A DNA stretch of 64,000 nucleotides from Candidatus Kapaibacterium sp. (GTDB taxonomy: Bacteria; Bacteroidota; Ignavibacteria; Kapaibacteriales; UBA2268). Positions 19,699-30,300 of the stretch are shown in pieces; positions within the stretch are counted from its first letter, which is position 1; every line of letters starts with the position of its first letter. The stretch is taken from the NCBI GenBank assembly GCA_963665665.1, contig OY762428.1, forward strand, positions 1,920,001 through 1,984,000. The letters run 5' to 3'. The notes beneath the pieces are model-generated. The model saw only the letters and a program-made list of their open reading frames with translations. It ran no database searches and was not told the origin of the DNA. A program made the position numbers and the translations under genes.

Positions 19699-20574
19699 AT
19701 GCTAAAAAGTATGACCGGCTTCAGTAGGTGTGAAGCAAAAGAAAACGGAATTACAGCTACAGTCGAGGTGAAAACTTTGAACGGCAGGTATCTTGAGTTC
19801 AATTGCAGGCTGCCCAGGCAGATAACCCACAAAGAACTCGAAATACGAGAGCAGGTAAGAAAAGTAATGGAAAGAGGCTCGGTTACGATCATGGTAAATA
19901 TCGAAACTGATGATTCTCAGGTTCCATTCGATATAAACATGGACGCTGCCGCCCATGCTTTGGAAAGCCTCGGCGAGCTAAAAAAGAAACTGAAAATTCG
20001 CGAGACAATTAAATTCGATCATATCCTGCATTTTTCCAATCATCTTATGCAGAAAGATGATGATACTGACATCGAAGTGCAATGGAAAGTTGTTAAAAAA
20101 GCTTTGATCAATGCACTTAAGGACGTTGATAAAATGAGGAAAAAGGAAGGCCAGCAAATTGGCAAGGATATTACTGCACGCATGGCAAAGATGCAGGAAG
20201 TCGTTGATGAAATCGAGGGACTCGGACTTGACAGAATCCCTGATGAACGTGAAAGACTGCGTCAGCGTGTAGCTCAGCTCTTCGAAAGTGACGAGATTGA
20301 CGAACAGCGTCTGCAAATGGAAATGGTACTCCTTGCCGACAAATTGGATATCTCGGAAGAGTGTGTGCGTTTGAATTCACATTTCAAATTCTTTGAAGAA
20401 TCAATAATATCTAAAACTCCTTCGGGGAAGAAACTAAACTTTCTTCTTCAGGAAATGCACAGAGAAATCAATACTATTGGCTCCAAAGCCAATGATGCTA
20501 AAATTTCTCAGCTCGTTGTGGATGTTAAAGAAGAATTGGAAAAAGTCCGCGAACAGGTTCAAAACATTGAATAG
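19699..20574 (+). CDS. yicC: YicC/YloC family endoribonuclease
   Basis: MLKSMTGF start; DISEECVRL; GKKLNFLLQEMHREINTIGSK; EKVREQVQNIE end. Confidence 0.93.
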   Translation: MLKSMTGFSRCEAKENGITATVEVKTLNGRYLEFNCRLPRQITHKELEIREQVRKVMERGSVTIMVNIETDDSQVPFDINMDAAAHALESLGELKKKLKIRETIKFDHILHFSNHLMQKDDDTDIEVQWKVVKKALINALKDVDKMRKKEGQQIGKDITARMAKMQEVVDEIEGLGLDRIPDERERLRQRVAQLFESDEIDEQRLQMEMVLLADKLDISEECVRLNSHFKFFEESIISKTPSGKKLNFLLQEMHREINTIGSKANDAKISQLVVDVKEELEKVREQVQNIE

Positions 20575-20602
20575 TTATATTCCTATTCATAAGCGAATTT
20601 TC

Positions 20603-20632
20603 AAAAAAACTGTCCATGTGGACAGTTTTTTT
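20603..20632. terminator. Intrinsic terminator (bidirectional)
   Basis: aaaaaaactgtcca-tg-tggacagtttttt. Confidence 0.75.
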
Positions 20633-20712
20633 GCTTTAAGGTCAGATAAAAGTATGGCCCGCTTGAATGGCGGGCCTGTTTCAGGTATTTATTGTCTTTA
20701 TAGTAGTAATTT

Positions 20713-20898
20713 CTAAAATCCCATACCAAATGGATTTTTCTTGGAATCCTTTTTTATCCAGTTATTTAGCACCCTCATAGCCGAGTCGTGGTTTTTTGTA
20801 ATTGCATCGCCAAGATTTTTCTGGATTTTTTTGTCAATCACGGATACTGATGCCAGTTTATCTGTTTCTGATTTTCTTTTAAAAGCTGAATTTCTCAT
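20713..20898 (-). CDS. Small basic hypothetical protein (61 aa)
   Basis: Strong AGGAGG RBS before ATG 20898; MRNSAFKRKSE...AMRVLNNWIKKD. Confidence 0.55.
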   Translation of the reverse strand: MRNSAFKRKSETDKLASVSVIDKKIQKNLGDAITKNHDSAMRVLNNWIKKDSKKNPFGMGF

Positions 20899-21324
20899 AA
20901 TGAACCTCCTTGTTTTTAAAATATTAATGTCCTTACTATATTTATCGGCACTTATATGAAAAGTTTTAGAAAAAATTAAGCTTTTATGAATTATTAATAA
21001 CAAAAAGTGAATTGTCAAAGTTCGATTGATTATCAGTTTATTGTAATTATATTGAATGCATATTTTGTATTTTATAACAGCATCGTATTATCAAAGGCTA
21101 TGGCACTCCGTTTGGCTCAAAACAGAACCCATATTTAATTTAACCTAATAATAATTTTTAATTTACGTATAAAATGATTATCTTTGTACTCTTAATTGGT
21201 TATCCGGTTTACTAACCCGATATAAACTTCTCTCGGGATATTGCTTATTGCTAAAGCGGTTGTAGTTATTGCCGGTTTCCAATATTCTTTGATAAATGGT
21301 AGTAAATTAAAATCGGAGTTTGAT

Positions 21325-23514
21325 ATGTTTTACCACAGAAAGATTGAGGGTATTGATATTACCGAAGGGGCTGAATTAATATTGTCAGACCTGCTGAATG
21401 AAAATCCAAAGCTAAAGCAAATATTTGATAATGCTAAAGATAAAGAACAGGTAAACGGCGAGATAAAAAAATGGGCCGAAGAAGAACTGAAAAAAAATCC
21501 TGATGCCGAAAATTTCTATAACTCCGATAAACCAGACAGAGAAGATTATGACAAACTGATGTGGAAAGATTTTGCCACTATCAGAATACTTGACTACGTT
21601 GAAAACTCCGGCCGTGAATTTGAAAACCCCAATCTGCGCGGCGATATGATCATTAATAATCCTTTTGCAAATCTTTGGCTTGAATATAATAATTCAGCAA
21701 AAGCAGTAAATGTAAATTTCATGAAAGATATGCTGAATTTGTTCAGGCAGTTCAGGGACAATTCAAAGCCTCACCTTCCGAAAAAAGAAACTGTAATGAA
21801 ATGGATGGACCGCCATCACTCCGGATTGGACAAAGACATAATAAAAATTCATGAGGACAACAGGGACAGAATTCTTAATCTGATAATTGACAAAATCGAT
21901 TCAGGCGAGATCGACGATCGAAATTATAAATTTAAAGAAGGAATTTCGCAAGAGGAAAAATTCCGGACAGCTCTGCTATGGTGGCAGGAACCAAAATTTC
22001 ATTTGCGTTTCGCTATCAGGAATGCTGACAGGCTTAATGAATTTCTGGGAAACAACCTTGACGACGAAACAATGGATATCCTTCATGAGGCCGAAAAGCT
22101 CGGGATTCCAATTTTTGTTAATCCATATTATCTTTCTCTGCTGCTTGTAGATTCTGACGATCCTGAAAAAAATTATGACTGGGCTGTAAGGAGTTATATA
22201 CTTTACAGCCGTGAACTGATTCAGGAATATGGACATATAATGGCATGGGAAAAAGAAGACATTGTAAAAGAGGGCGAGCCTAATGCTGCCGGCTGGCTTG
22301 TTCCCGGCAACCACTGCGTTCACAGGCGTTATCCTGAAGTAGCAATACTGATACCTGAAACAATGGGCAGAGCTTGTGCAGGCCTTTGTTCCTCTTGCCA
22401 GAGAATGTACGATTTCCAAAGCGGCCACTTGAACTTCAACTTAGACAAACTAAGGCCTAAGGAAACATGGAAAGAAAAACTTCAAAGGCTACTCAGGTAT
22501 TGGGAGGAAGATTCACAACTTAGAGATATTCTGATTACAGGTGGCGACGCACTCATGAGCTCGGATAAATCCCTGAAGCAGGTTCTCGATGAAGTCTATA
22601 ATATGGCTGAAAGAAAGAAACAGGCAAATAAGAGCAGGCCGGACGGCGAAAAGTACGCCGAACTTCTTCGGGTAAGGCTTGGAACAAGGCTGCCGGCATA
22701 CCTGCCTCAACGTATTGATGAAAATCTTGCAAATATCCTGAAAGATTTTAAAAACAAAGCTTCCAAACTCGGAGTCAGGCAATTTGTAATTCAAACCCAT
22801 TTCGAATCCCCTCTTGAAATTACACCCGAATCAAAAAGAGCCATTGATCTTTTGATTTCTGCCGGATGGATGGTAACGAATCAACATGTTTTTACTGCAG
22901 CATCTTCCCGAAAGGGCCACGCCGCCAAGCTGCGCTCGGTACTTAATCAGATAGGGATTGTTAACTACTACAATTTTACTGTAAAAGGCTTCATGGAAAA
23001 TCATAATAATTTTGCAACGAATGCCAGAGCTGTACAGGAACAACTTGAGGAAAAAAGATTTGGCATCCTGAATGAAGATTTCTACGAGAGGCTGAAAGCA
23101 CTTCCTGACCACAGCGAGGATATTGTAGCTAATATCGAAAAAATTAAAAATGATGCTGACCTGCCTTTTCTTGCAACTGACAGAAATGTATTGAACCTTC
23201 CCGGTGTTGGCAAAAGCCTGACATTCAGGACTGTAGGTATAACTATGCTTGGCCGCAGAATACTTGAATTTGACCACGATGCAACAAGAAATCACAGCCC
23301 GATTATCAATAAGATGGGTAAAGTGATAATTATTGAATCCAAGGCAATTGGTGAATACCTGGCACAACTTGAAGCAATGGGCGATAATATTGAAGAATAT
23401 AAGGATCTTTGGGGCTATTCAATCGGCAATACCGAACCCAGGATGCCAATTTATGAATATCCGGATTATGATTTCGATATAACCCCGGAATATTCCAATC
23501 TTCAGATTGATTGA
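21325..23514 (+). CDS. Long KamA-family radical SAM (lysine 2,3-aminomutase-like) protein
   Basis: HRRYP; CAGLCSSC (CX3CX2C); RDILITGGDAL; RLGTRLP; PGVGK putative PLP lysine. Confidence 0.88.
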   Translation: MFYHRKIEGIDITEGAELILSDLLNENPKLKQIFDNAKDKEQVNGEIKKWAEEELKKNPDAENFYNSDKPDREDYDKLMWKDFATIRILDYVENSGREFENPNLRGDMIINNPFANLWLEYNNSAKAVNVNFMKDMLNLFRQFRDNSKPHLPKKETVMKWMDRHHSGLDKDIIKIHEDNRDRILNLIIDKIDSGEIDDRNYKFKEGISQEEKFRTALLWWQEPKFHLRFAIRNADRLNEFLGNNLDDETMDILHEAEKLGIPIFVNPYYLSLLLVDSDDPEKNYDWAVRSYILYSRELIQEYGHIMAWEKEDIVKEGEPNAAGWLVPGNHCVHRRYPEVAILIPETMGRACAGLCSSCQRMYDFQSGHLNFNLDKLRPKETWKEKLQRLLRYWEEDSQLRDILITGGDALMSSDKSLKQVLDEVYNMAERKKQANKSRPDGEKYAELLRVRLGTRLPAYLPQRIDENLANILKDFKNKASKLGVRQFVIQTHFESPLEITPESKRAIDLLISAGWMVTNQHVFTAASSRKGHAAKLRSVLNQIGIVNYYNFTVKGFMENHNNFATNARAVQEQLEEKRFGILNEDFYERLKALPDHSEDIVANIEKIKNDADLPFLATDRNVLNLPGVGKSLTFRTVGITMLGRRILEFDHDATRNHSPIINKMGKVIIIESKAIGEYLAQLEAMGDNIEEYKDLWGYSIGNTEPRMPIYEYPDYDFDITPEYSNLQID

Positions 23515-23550
23515 ATTTGATCCTTTTGCACTTTTGGGAGAAAAGATTTT

Positions 23551-23590
23551 AAGCCGGCATAATTTTCAGTGCCGGCTTATTTTTTTTTTA
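23551..23590 (+). terminator. Intrinsic terminator
   Basis: aagccggca...tgccggctt followed by a T run. Confidence 0.8.
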
Positions 23591-23699
23591 TCAGTTTAAT
23601 AAAAATCAATTATTTTTGAATTTTGAAAAAATATCTGAGACCTTTTACTGCTTTTAGTGTTTATACTAATTATTTGAAAATATTTGAAAAGAGGAAATT

Positions 23700-26600
23700 G
23701 TGGGTAATAAAATATTTTATATAACTATGTTGATAGTAATTAATACTTATCTTTCTTCAGCACAGATAGTGATCAATGAAGTATGCCCGAACAACTATGA
23801 AACTTATTACGATGAAGATTATGATACGCCCGACTGGATTGAAATTTATAACAGCGGAGATGAGGATATTAGTATCAAGGATTATCGTATTTCCGATAAA
23901 GATAATTTTACCGAAGCATGGATATTGCCTGATACGATTATTCCCGCCAAAGGCTATATTACAGTTTTTGCATCCGCTAAGGAAAGAAATTCTTCCGATA
24001 ATCTGATCCTTGAAACATCAGGCGAAGGAATGTATTATTCAAGCCACCCAAAAAGTTTTTCTTTCTTATATAATGAATTTGAAGGTGATATCTGTTTGGA
24101 TTTACAGGTTCTATCACTGAGAAATGAATCGGTTGCAGCAGCGGCAGGGCTTGTTATCAGAAATTCACTCGATGACGATTCTGATTTCTGGGGTGTTTTC
24201 ACCATGTCCGACCACAGGTCGTTCGGAGATTATGCATGGATAATCAAGGACGACGGAGGCGTGGTTAATATCGGAAATGAATATCCCGAATGTTATCTGA
24301 GGCTTGAAAAATCCGGCAATATTATTAAGGCTAATATTGTCGATTCTAAAGGCCTGGTTATATCTTCAACCATTTTCGAGGGAAATATATCCGACACTTT
24401 TTATGCAGGAGCAGCTGTTTTCAGTTTCAATAAGAATCAGCTTTCCCAAAACTGTGTAAATAATTTCAGGATAAATGGCAAAGATGTTGAAATTGATTCT
24501 ATGATTTATCAGGATTTTAACTGCCATTTGCCCGGGAATACTTTTTATTCCGAAGAAATACACACTAATTTTAAACTTAGCAAAGACGGAGATGCTGTTT
24601 TCTTATGGAACGATGAGGGACAATTGATTGATAATATTAATTTTAACTACCTTCCGGCTAATGTATCCTTTGGCAGGTTTCCGGACGGCAGTTCAGAAAA
24701 GTATTGTTTTTCTCCGTCAACTCCCGACAATTCAAACCAGAACAACTACCTGGGAATTTCCCCTTTACCTAAATTCTCGATTGCCGCCGGATATTATGAA
24801 AACGGACAAAATGTATCATTATCTGGCGAATTACCAACAGACAAAATTTATTACACGCTGGACGGTGCTGAGCCTGATACAACGAAAGAATTATTTGATA
24901 CTCCTATCTATATTGACACAACAACCGTCATAAAAGCTACATTGGTAAGAGACAGCTATGTCAGCCGGCAATCAATATCCAAAACCTATATTATCGGGCA
25001 AAATTCCAGCCTGCCGGTAATATCATTCACAATTGACCCTTATGATTTGAATAATGAAGATAACGGGATGTTTGTTCACTTGTTCAGCAAATACGAAAAA
25101 AAATCAAGCATCGAATTCTTCGACGATTCATTTTCCGGATATTATTTTTCTAATGCAGGGGTAAAGCCCCACGGACACGGTCCGGCAATAGGTTTTCCAC
25201 AGCATTCAATCAGATTTTATGCCAGGGACAAATACGACAATGACCGGTTTGAATATCCTTTCTTCGGTAATGATCATGCCAGGGATTTTGATAAATTATT
25301 ATTCCGAAACGGAGGCAACGAATGGGGATACTCTCTTATCAGAAATTCCTATTATTCAAGGCTCCTGGAAACAATGGATATTGTTAATGTGGAAGCTCCG
25401 CTTTGCAGGCTGGTAGCATCATACCTGAATGGTGATTATTTTGGCATTTACAGCATGATGGAAAGAGTTGACGAAGAACTGATAAGGGACAATCATAATA
25501 TTCGCAAAGATGATATAAATTTACTTGAAGATCAGGAAAGGCTGCTACACGGCGATAAATTTGATTATATAAAAATGTATGACAGAATATTGGCGCTCGA
25601 TATGGATGCCGCCACTTCTTATAATATTATCGACAGTTTGATAGATATTTATAATTTCATTGATTATATGATATTTAATATTTATGCTGCTAACCACGAC
25701 TGGCCTGAACATAATCGTAAATTCTGGAACGCTCCCGAAACGGGATTCAAATGGCAATGGTATTTAACCGATCTTGACTGGACTACTTCATTTGACTATT
25801 TAACTCAGCCTAACGCAAAAAAACTGCATAGAATATTTTCTAATGCCGATACCTGTTCTGATCCCGAAAACTTCAGGTTTTCCAGGTTCTTTATTCAGCT
25901 ATTGAACAACGAACAATTCAAAAACTTATATATTAACAGAACTGCCGACTTGCTAAATACGATATTAGAATTCGATAATATGGATAAGCTTCTTACTGAG
26001 ATGGCCAATGAAATAAAAGATGAAATCCCCCGGCATCAGGAAAGATGGGAAAATTCAGCAGTTGATTGGGAAAAGTCAATAAAAGATATGAGGATATTTT
26101 TTGATTTGCGGGATAAATATTTAATTGATAATTATATTGAGCATTTTGGCCTGACGGACAGGTCTCATGTAGAGCTGAATATCGACCCGCCCGATGCCGG
26201 AAGAATTCAGGTATCTACAATTACTCCTGATAAATATCCATGGAAGGGCATTTATTTCAGGGACGTGCCCCTTCCAGTAAAAGCAATACCAAACAGCGGA
26301 TATAAATTTCATTCCTGGTCCTTAGCACAGTATAATAATGATAATTTTCACATCCTGCTTCCGGATTCTATAACTATTACTGCTGTCTTCGAAAAAACGT
26401 CCGTAGTTGAAAAATCAGTTGTGATAAATGAAATCATGTATAAAAATAGCGAAAATTGCGACTCTGATGACTGGTTTGAATTATATAATGCCGGGAATAA
26501 TACAATATATCTTAGCGGTTGGAGTTTTACTGACGAAAAAAGCGACCATATTTTTAAATTCGAAGATAATGATACAATCGCTCCCGGCGGGTTCATTGTT

Positions 26601-27179
26601 GTTTGTAGAAACAAAAATAAATTTTCCGGCCAGTATCCTTCGATTACAAATATCAAAGGCAATTTTGATTTTGGCCTCGGCACTGAAGATGCTATACATC
26701 TATACCGTCCCGATGGAAGTACCGGTGATTTAGTAAGCTATACTGATAAAAGCCCCTGGCCTGCAAATAGTAAGGGAACAGGCAATTCCATAGAATTAAT
26801 CTCGGCAGATATGAATAATAACGATGGCAATAACTGGAGATCGTCAGCTTATCTGTATGGCAGCCCGGGATATGCCAATCCCGGAACATACGTTGAAGAG
26901 CAATCCATATCGGATGTTGATAATCTGAAATGCTTTCCCAATCCGGCAAATGACAAAATTAATATCATCTTTTCCTGTAAGGATTTTATCCCGACGAAAA
27001 TTGTATTATGCGATTTGTCGGGAAAAGAGGTATTATGCGGATATTATGCGGTTTCAAATAAGGGATTGAATGAAAGGGAAATTGATATAAGCGCTCTGTC
27101 TCCAGGAGTATACATAGCCCGGATTATCCGCAGCAGCGACAATAGGATATGTGCTAATATAAAATTTGTAAAAAGATAA
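23700..27179 (+). CDS. CotH kinase-family protein with lamin-tail domains and T9SS CTD
   Basis: VINEV...DWIEIYN (LTD); IYYTLDGAEP; LFRNGGNEW; NHDWPEHN, WQWYLTDLD (CotH); CFPNPA...PGVYIARI. Confidence 0.88.
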   Translation: MGNKIFYITMLIVINTYLSSAQIVINEVCPNNYETYYDEDYDTPDWIEIYNSGDEDISIKDYRISDKDNFTEAWILPDTIIPAKGYITVFASAKERNSSDNLILETSGEGMYYSSHPKSFSFLYNEFEGDICLDLQVLSLRNESVAAAAGLVIRNSLDDDSDFWGVFTMSDHRSFGDYAWIIKDDGGVVNIGNEYPECYLRLEKSGNIIKANIVDSKGLVISSTIFEGNISDTFYAGAAVFSFNKNQLSQNCVNNFRINGKDVEIDSMIYQDFNCHLPGNTFYSEEIHTNFKLSKDGDAVFLWNDEGQLIDNINFNYLPANVSFGRFPDGSSEKYCFSPSTPDNSNQNNYLGISPLPKFSIAAGYYENGQNVSLSGELPTDKIYYTLDGAEPDTTKELFDTPIYIDTTTVIKATLVRDSYVSRQSISKTYIIGQNSSLPVISFTIDPYDLNNEDNGMFVHLFSKYEKKSSIEFFDDSFSGYYFSNAGVKPHGHGPAIGFPQHSIRFYARDKYDNDRFEYPFFGNDHARDFDKLLFRNGGNEWGYSLIRNSYYSRLLETMDIVNVEAPLCRLVASYLNGDYFGIYSMMERVDEELIRDNHNIRKDDINLLEDQERLLHGDKFDYIKMYDRILALDMDAATSYNIIDSLIDIYNFIDYMIFNIYAANHDWPEHNRKFWNAPETGFKWQWYLTDLDWTTSFDYLTQPNAKKLHRIFSNADTCSDPENFRFSRFFIQLLNNEQFKNLYINRTADLLNTILEFDNMDKLLTEMANEIKDEIPRHQERWENSAVDWEKSIKDMRIFFDLRDKYLIDNYIEHFGLTDRSHVELNIDPPDAGRIQVSTITPDKYPWKGIYFRDVPLPVKAIPNSGYKFHSWSLAQYNNDNFHILLPDSITITAVFEKTSVVEKSVVINEIMYKNSENCDSDDWFELYNAGNNTIYLSGWSFTDEKSDHIFKFEDNDTIAPGGFIVVCRNKNKFSGQYPSITNIKGNFDFGLGTEDAIHLYRPDGSTGDLVSYTDKSPWPANSKGTGNSIELISADMNNNDGNNWRSSAYLYGSPGYANPGTYVEEQSISDVDNLKCFPNPANDKINIIFSCKDFIPTKIVLCDLSGKEVLCGYYAVSNKGLNEREIDISALSPGVYIARIIRSSDNRICANIKFVKR

Positions 27180-27339
27180 ATAATATAAAAAAAATGCCGG
27201 CGGCTGCATAACCCGGCATTCTTAATTTTTTTATACTTTACGGATTTGATAAATATTATTTATTTTTATAGCTTGTAAAAAGGTTTGAGACATTTCTATT
27301 ATTAATGTGTCATTACTATGATTGTTTAACCAGTTTTAG

Positions 27340-30300
27340 ATGACTATGAAAAGCATTGCTCAATTTTTAATTATTTTACTTTCTTTCGGAAGCCTGTCAG
27401 CAGAACTTAAAATTAATGAAATAATGGCTGCCAACGGAAATGCACACCATGACGAAGATTTTGATACGCCGGACTGGATAGAGATTTATAATGATTCCGA
27501 TGATGAAATTAACCTCGGGGATTATTATGTTTCGGATAAATACGATTTTAGCAAAGCATGGAAATTACCGCAAAGAAATTTGCCGGGGAAATCATACCAG
27601 CTTGTTTATGCCTCGGATAAAAACAGGTATGGAACGGATCATTTTACTACTGCTGCGTCTGGATTCCATTTAGGATCCTGGGCAAAAGACGATGGATTCA
27701 GGTTCAATTATATTCCTGTTGACGGCGATTTTGATATTGAGTTCGAAATTTTCTCGGTCAGGGAGTATTATTACGGAACGACTATCGGGCTGATGGTAAG
27801 AGATGAATTAACCCAGAAAAGCCCTTACGCAGCATTTTTTGTGAACAGCCCGGTAAGGTATAATACAATTTTTCTGCTTCGTCCGGAAATTGATGCTACT
27901 TTCCTTTGGAAAGGCACATCGATAGAATTGAAGAACTCTCAGGCAAAGATAAGGCTTCAGAGAACCGGGGACACTGTTGTATCATACTATTATTCAAATA
28001 ATTATTACTGGAAAGAAACCGCCCGATTCTATTACCCGCCGAAGAGTACCGATTATATGGGTATTGCCTATTGTTCAGGCGAAACACAGGGGCTTTCGGT
28101 ATTTAATTTTGCAGATATCAAAGTAAACGGAATTTCAAAAACACTTGATGATTTCCAATCCGAAGAAATTAACACGACCATTCAGGGCTGGCAAAAGCAG
28201 GCCGACGAGATTCATACAAACTTTAAACTCAATGCTGATGGCGAAGGTTTTTATATCTGGGATAAAGACGGGAACATTGTTGATGAAATGACTTTCGGCC
28301 CTCAGGTTGATAATATCTCTTTTGCCAGGTTCAAGGATGGCGAAGGAAGCTTTGGCCTGTCATATCCTTCAACACCGGGAAAACCGAATGATAACGTTTA
28401 TTCCAAAATTTCATCGGATGTTATTTTTTCTCATAATACGGGATTTTATAATTCGCCAATAGAAGTTGAGCTCAGCGGGCGGCAAATTAACGGTAAAATA
28501 TATTATTCCACAGACGGTTCAACCCCTACGGATACATCTGCCGTATATGACGAGCCAATAATGATTGACCATACTTGCATGCTGAGAGCAGTAATTTACG
28601 AAGACGGCAGGATACCCGGAAAGGAAAAGTTTGCATCTTATGTTGTTGGTGTTGATACAGAACTGCCGGTGGTTGTTGTGGGGCTTGATTCTCTCCTTCT
28701 CTGGGACAAATGGACAGGGCTTTTCGTTGACATTAATAACTATATGCACTTCGAGGTACCCGCAAAATTTTCTTTCTGCTTTGATGACGGGGATTACAGC
28801 CAGGCCGGAGGCATGAGGCTTCACGGCGGAGCAACAAGAATATATCCGCAAAAGTCTTTCAGGTTTTACGCCCGGGGTGAATATGGCGTTACGAAGTTCG
28901 AATATCCTTTTTTCGGGAAAGAATCCCAGCCGGAATATGACAATATATTGCTGAGGAACGGCGGGCAGGACTGGAATTATAGCATGATGCGCGACGGTAT
29001 TGTATCCAACCTGTTCAAGCCATTAAAAAAACTTGATGTTTGTGCCTATCGCCCGGCGCTTTGCTTTATTAACGGAGAATTCTACGGAATGAATAATATT
29101 CGCGAAAGAGTTGATGATGATTTCATTGCAATAAAGTACGGCCTGGATGATAAGAATATTAATATTATCGAACATCCCAACAGATTGCTAAATGGTGACT
29201 TCGCAGCATACAGAGCTTTCTTCGACAGTTTGCTGGCAATGGATATGTCCGTAGATGAAAATTACAGGAAAATTGAAGCAGGCCTGGCCATTGATAATTT
29301 TATCGATTACGTTATCAGCGAGTTGTTTATTGTTAATTATGACTGGCCGTTTAACAATCTGAAGTTCTGGAGTTCAGATGATTATGACGGTAAATGGCGT
29401 ATGGTTTCGTTCGATCACGACCTGTCAATTGGGTTTATATCAGCCACACCGGACAGGAACCATATTTCATACCTGCTTGGCCATGAACTTGAATTTTCCC
29501 GAATTTTCGGTACTATTATGCAAAACAGCCATTTCAGAAATAGTTTTATAAACCGCAGTGCCGATCTTTTAAACACCGTTTTCCTGCCCGACAGGCTGAT
29601 TTCAATTACCGACAGCCTGGCAGCTAACATCAGAAATGAAATTCATTGGCAGCAGTCAAGATGGGACAGCTCCGGGAAGGACTGGGAAAACCAGATTGTA
29701 CTGATAAAAGATTTTGCAAGGCGAAGGCCGGCATTTATGAGAATGAATTATGTTGATCAATTCGGACTCGCGGACACGTCGGTTGTGGAACTTTACAGCC
29801 ATCCTGACAAGGGCGGACAGATCAGAATAAGCACTATAGAGCAGCCTGCAAATCCCTGGCGCGGAATATATTTCCGGGATGTGCCGGTCAGGATAGAAGC
29901 AATTGCAGCTCAGGGTTATAAATTCGAGGGATGGTCCTTGCCTGGCTTAAAGGATTCCGCTTCTGTTGCACATATTTTGCTCGATTCAATGAATTATATT
30001 GAAGCATACTTTGAAAAAACCGGCCAGGACATTCCGAAGATAGTTATAAACGAGATAATGTATAATCCCGGGAACGAAAACAATTGCGGGCAGTGGTTTG
30101 AGATATATAATAATGATGCTGATGCTTTTTCTACTTCTGATATTGAAATATTCATCGATAATTTTAAAATTCTGCCGGATAAGAATTTCGACCTGCATCC
30201 GGACAACTATCTTGTTTTCTGCAATAACCAGGAAAAATTTTCCGCTATTTACAACATGGATACCATGAATTTATCAGTAAATGATTTTACTCTTAGCAAT

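Noticed and set aside
21101-21116. Sigma54 promoter TGGCAC-TCCGT-TTGG upstream of the KamA-like gene
   Set aside because: The -12 element is imperfect and lies more than 200 nt from the start; insufficient support
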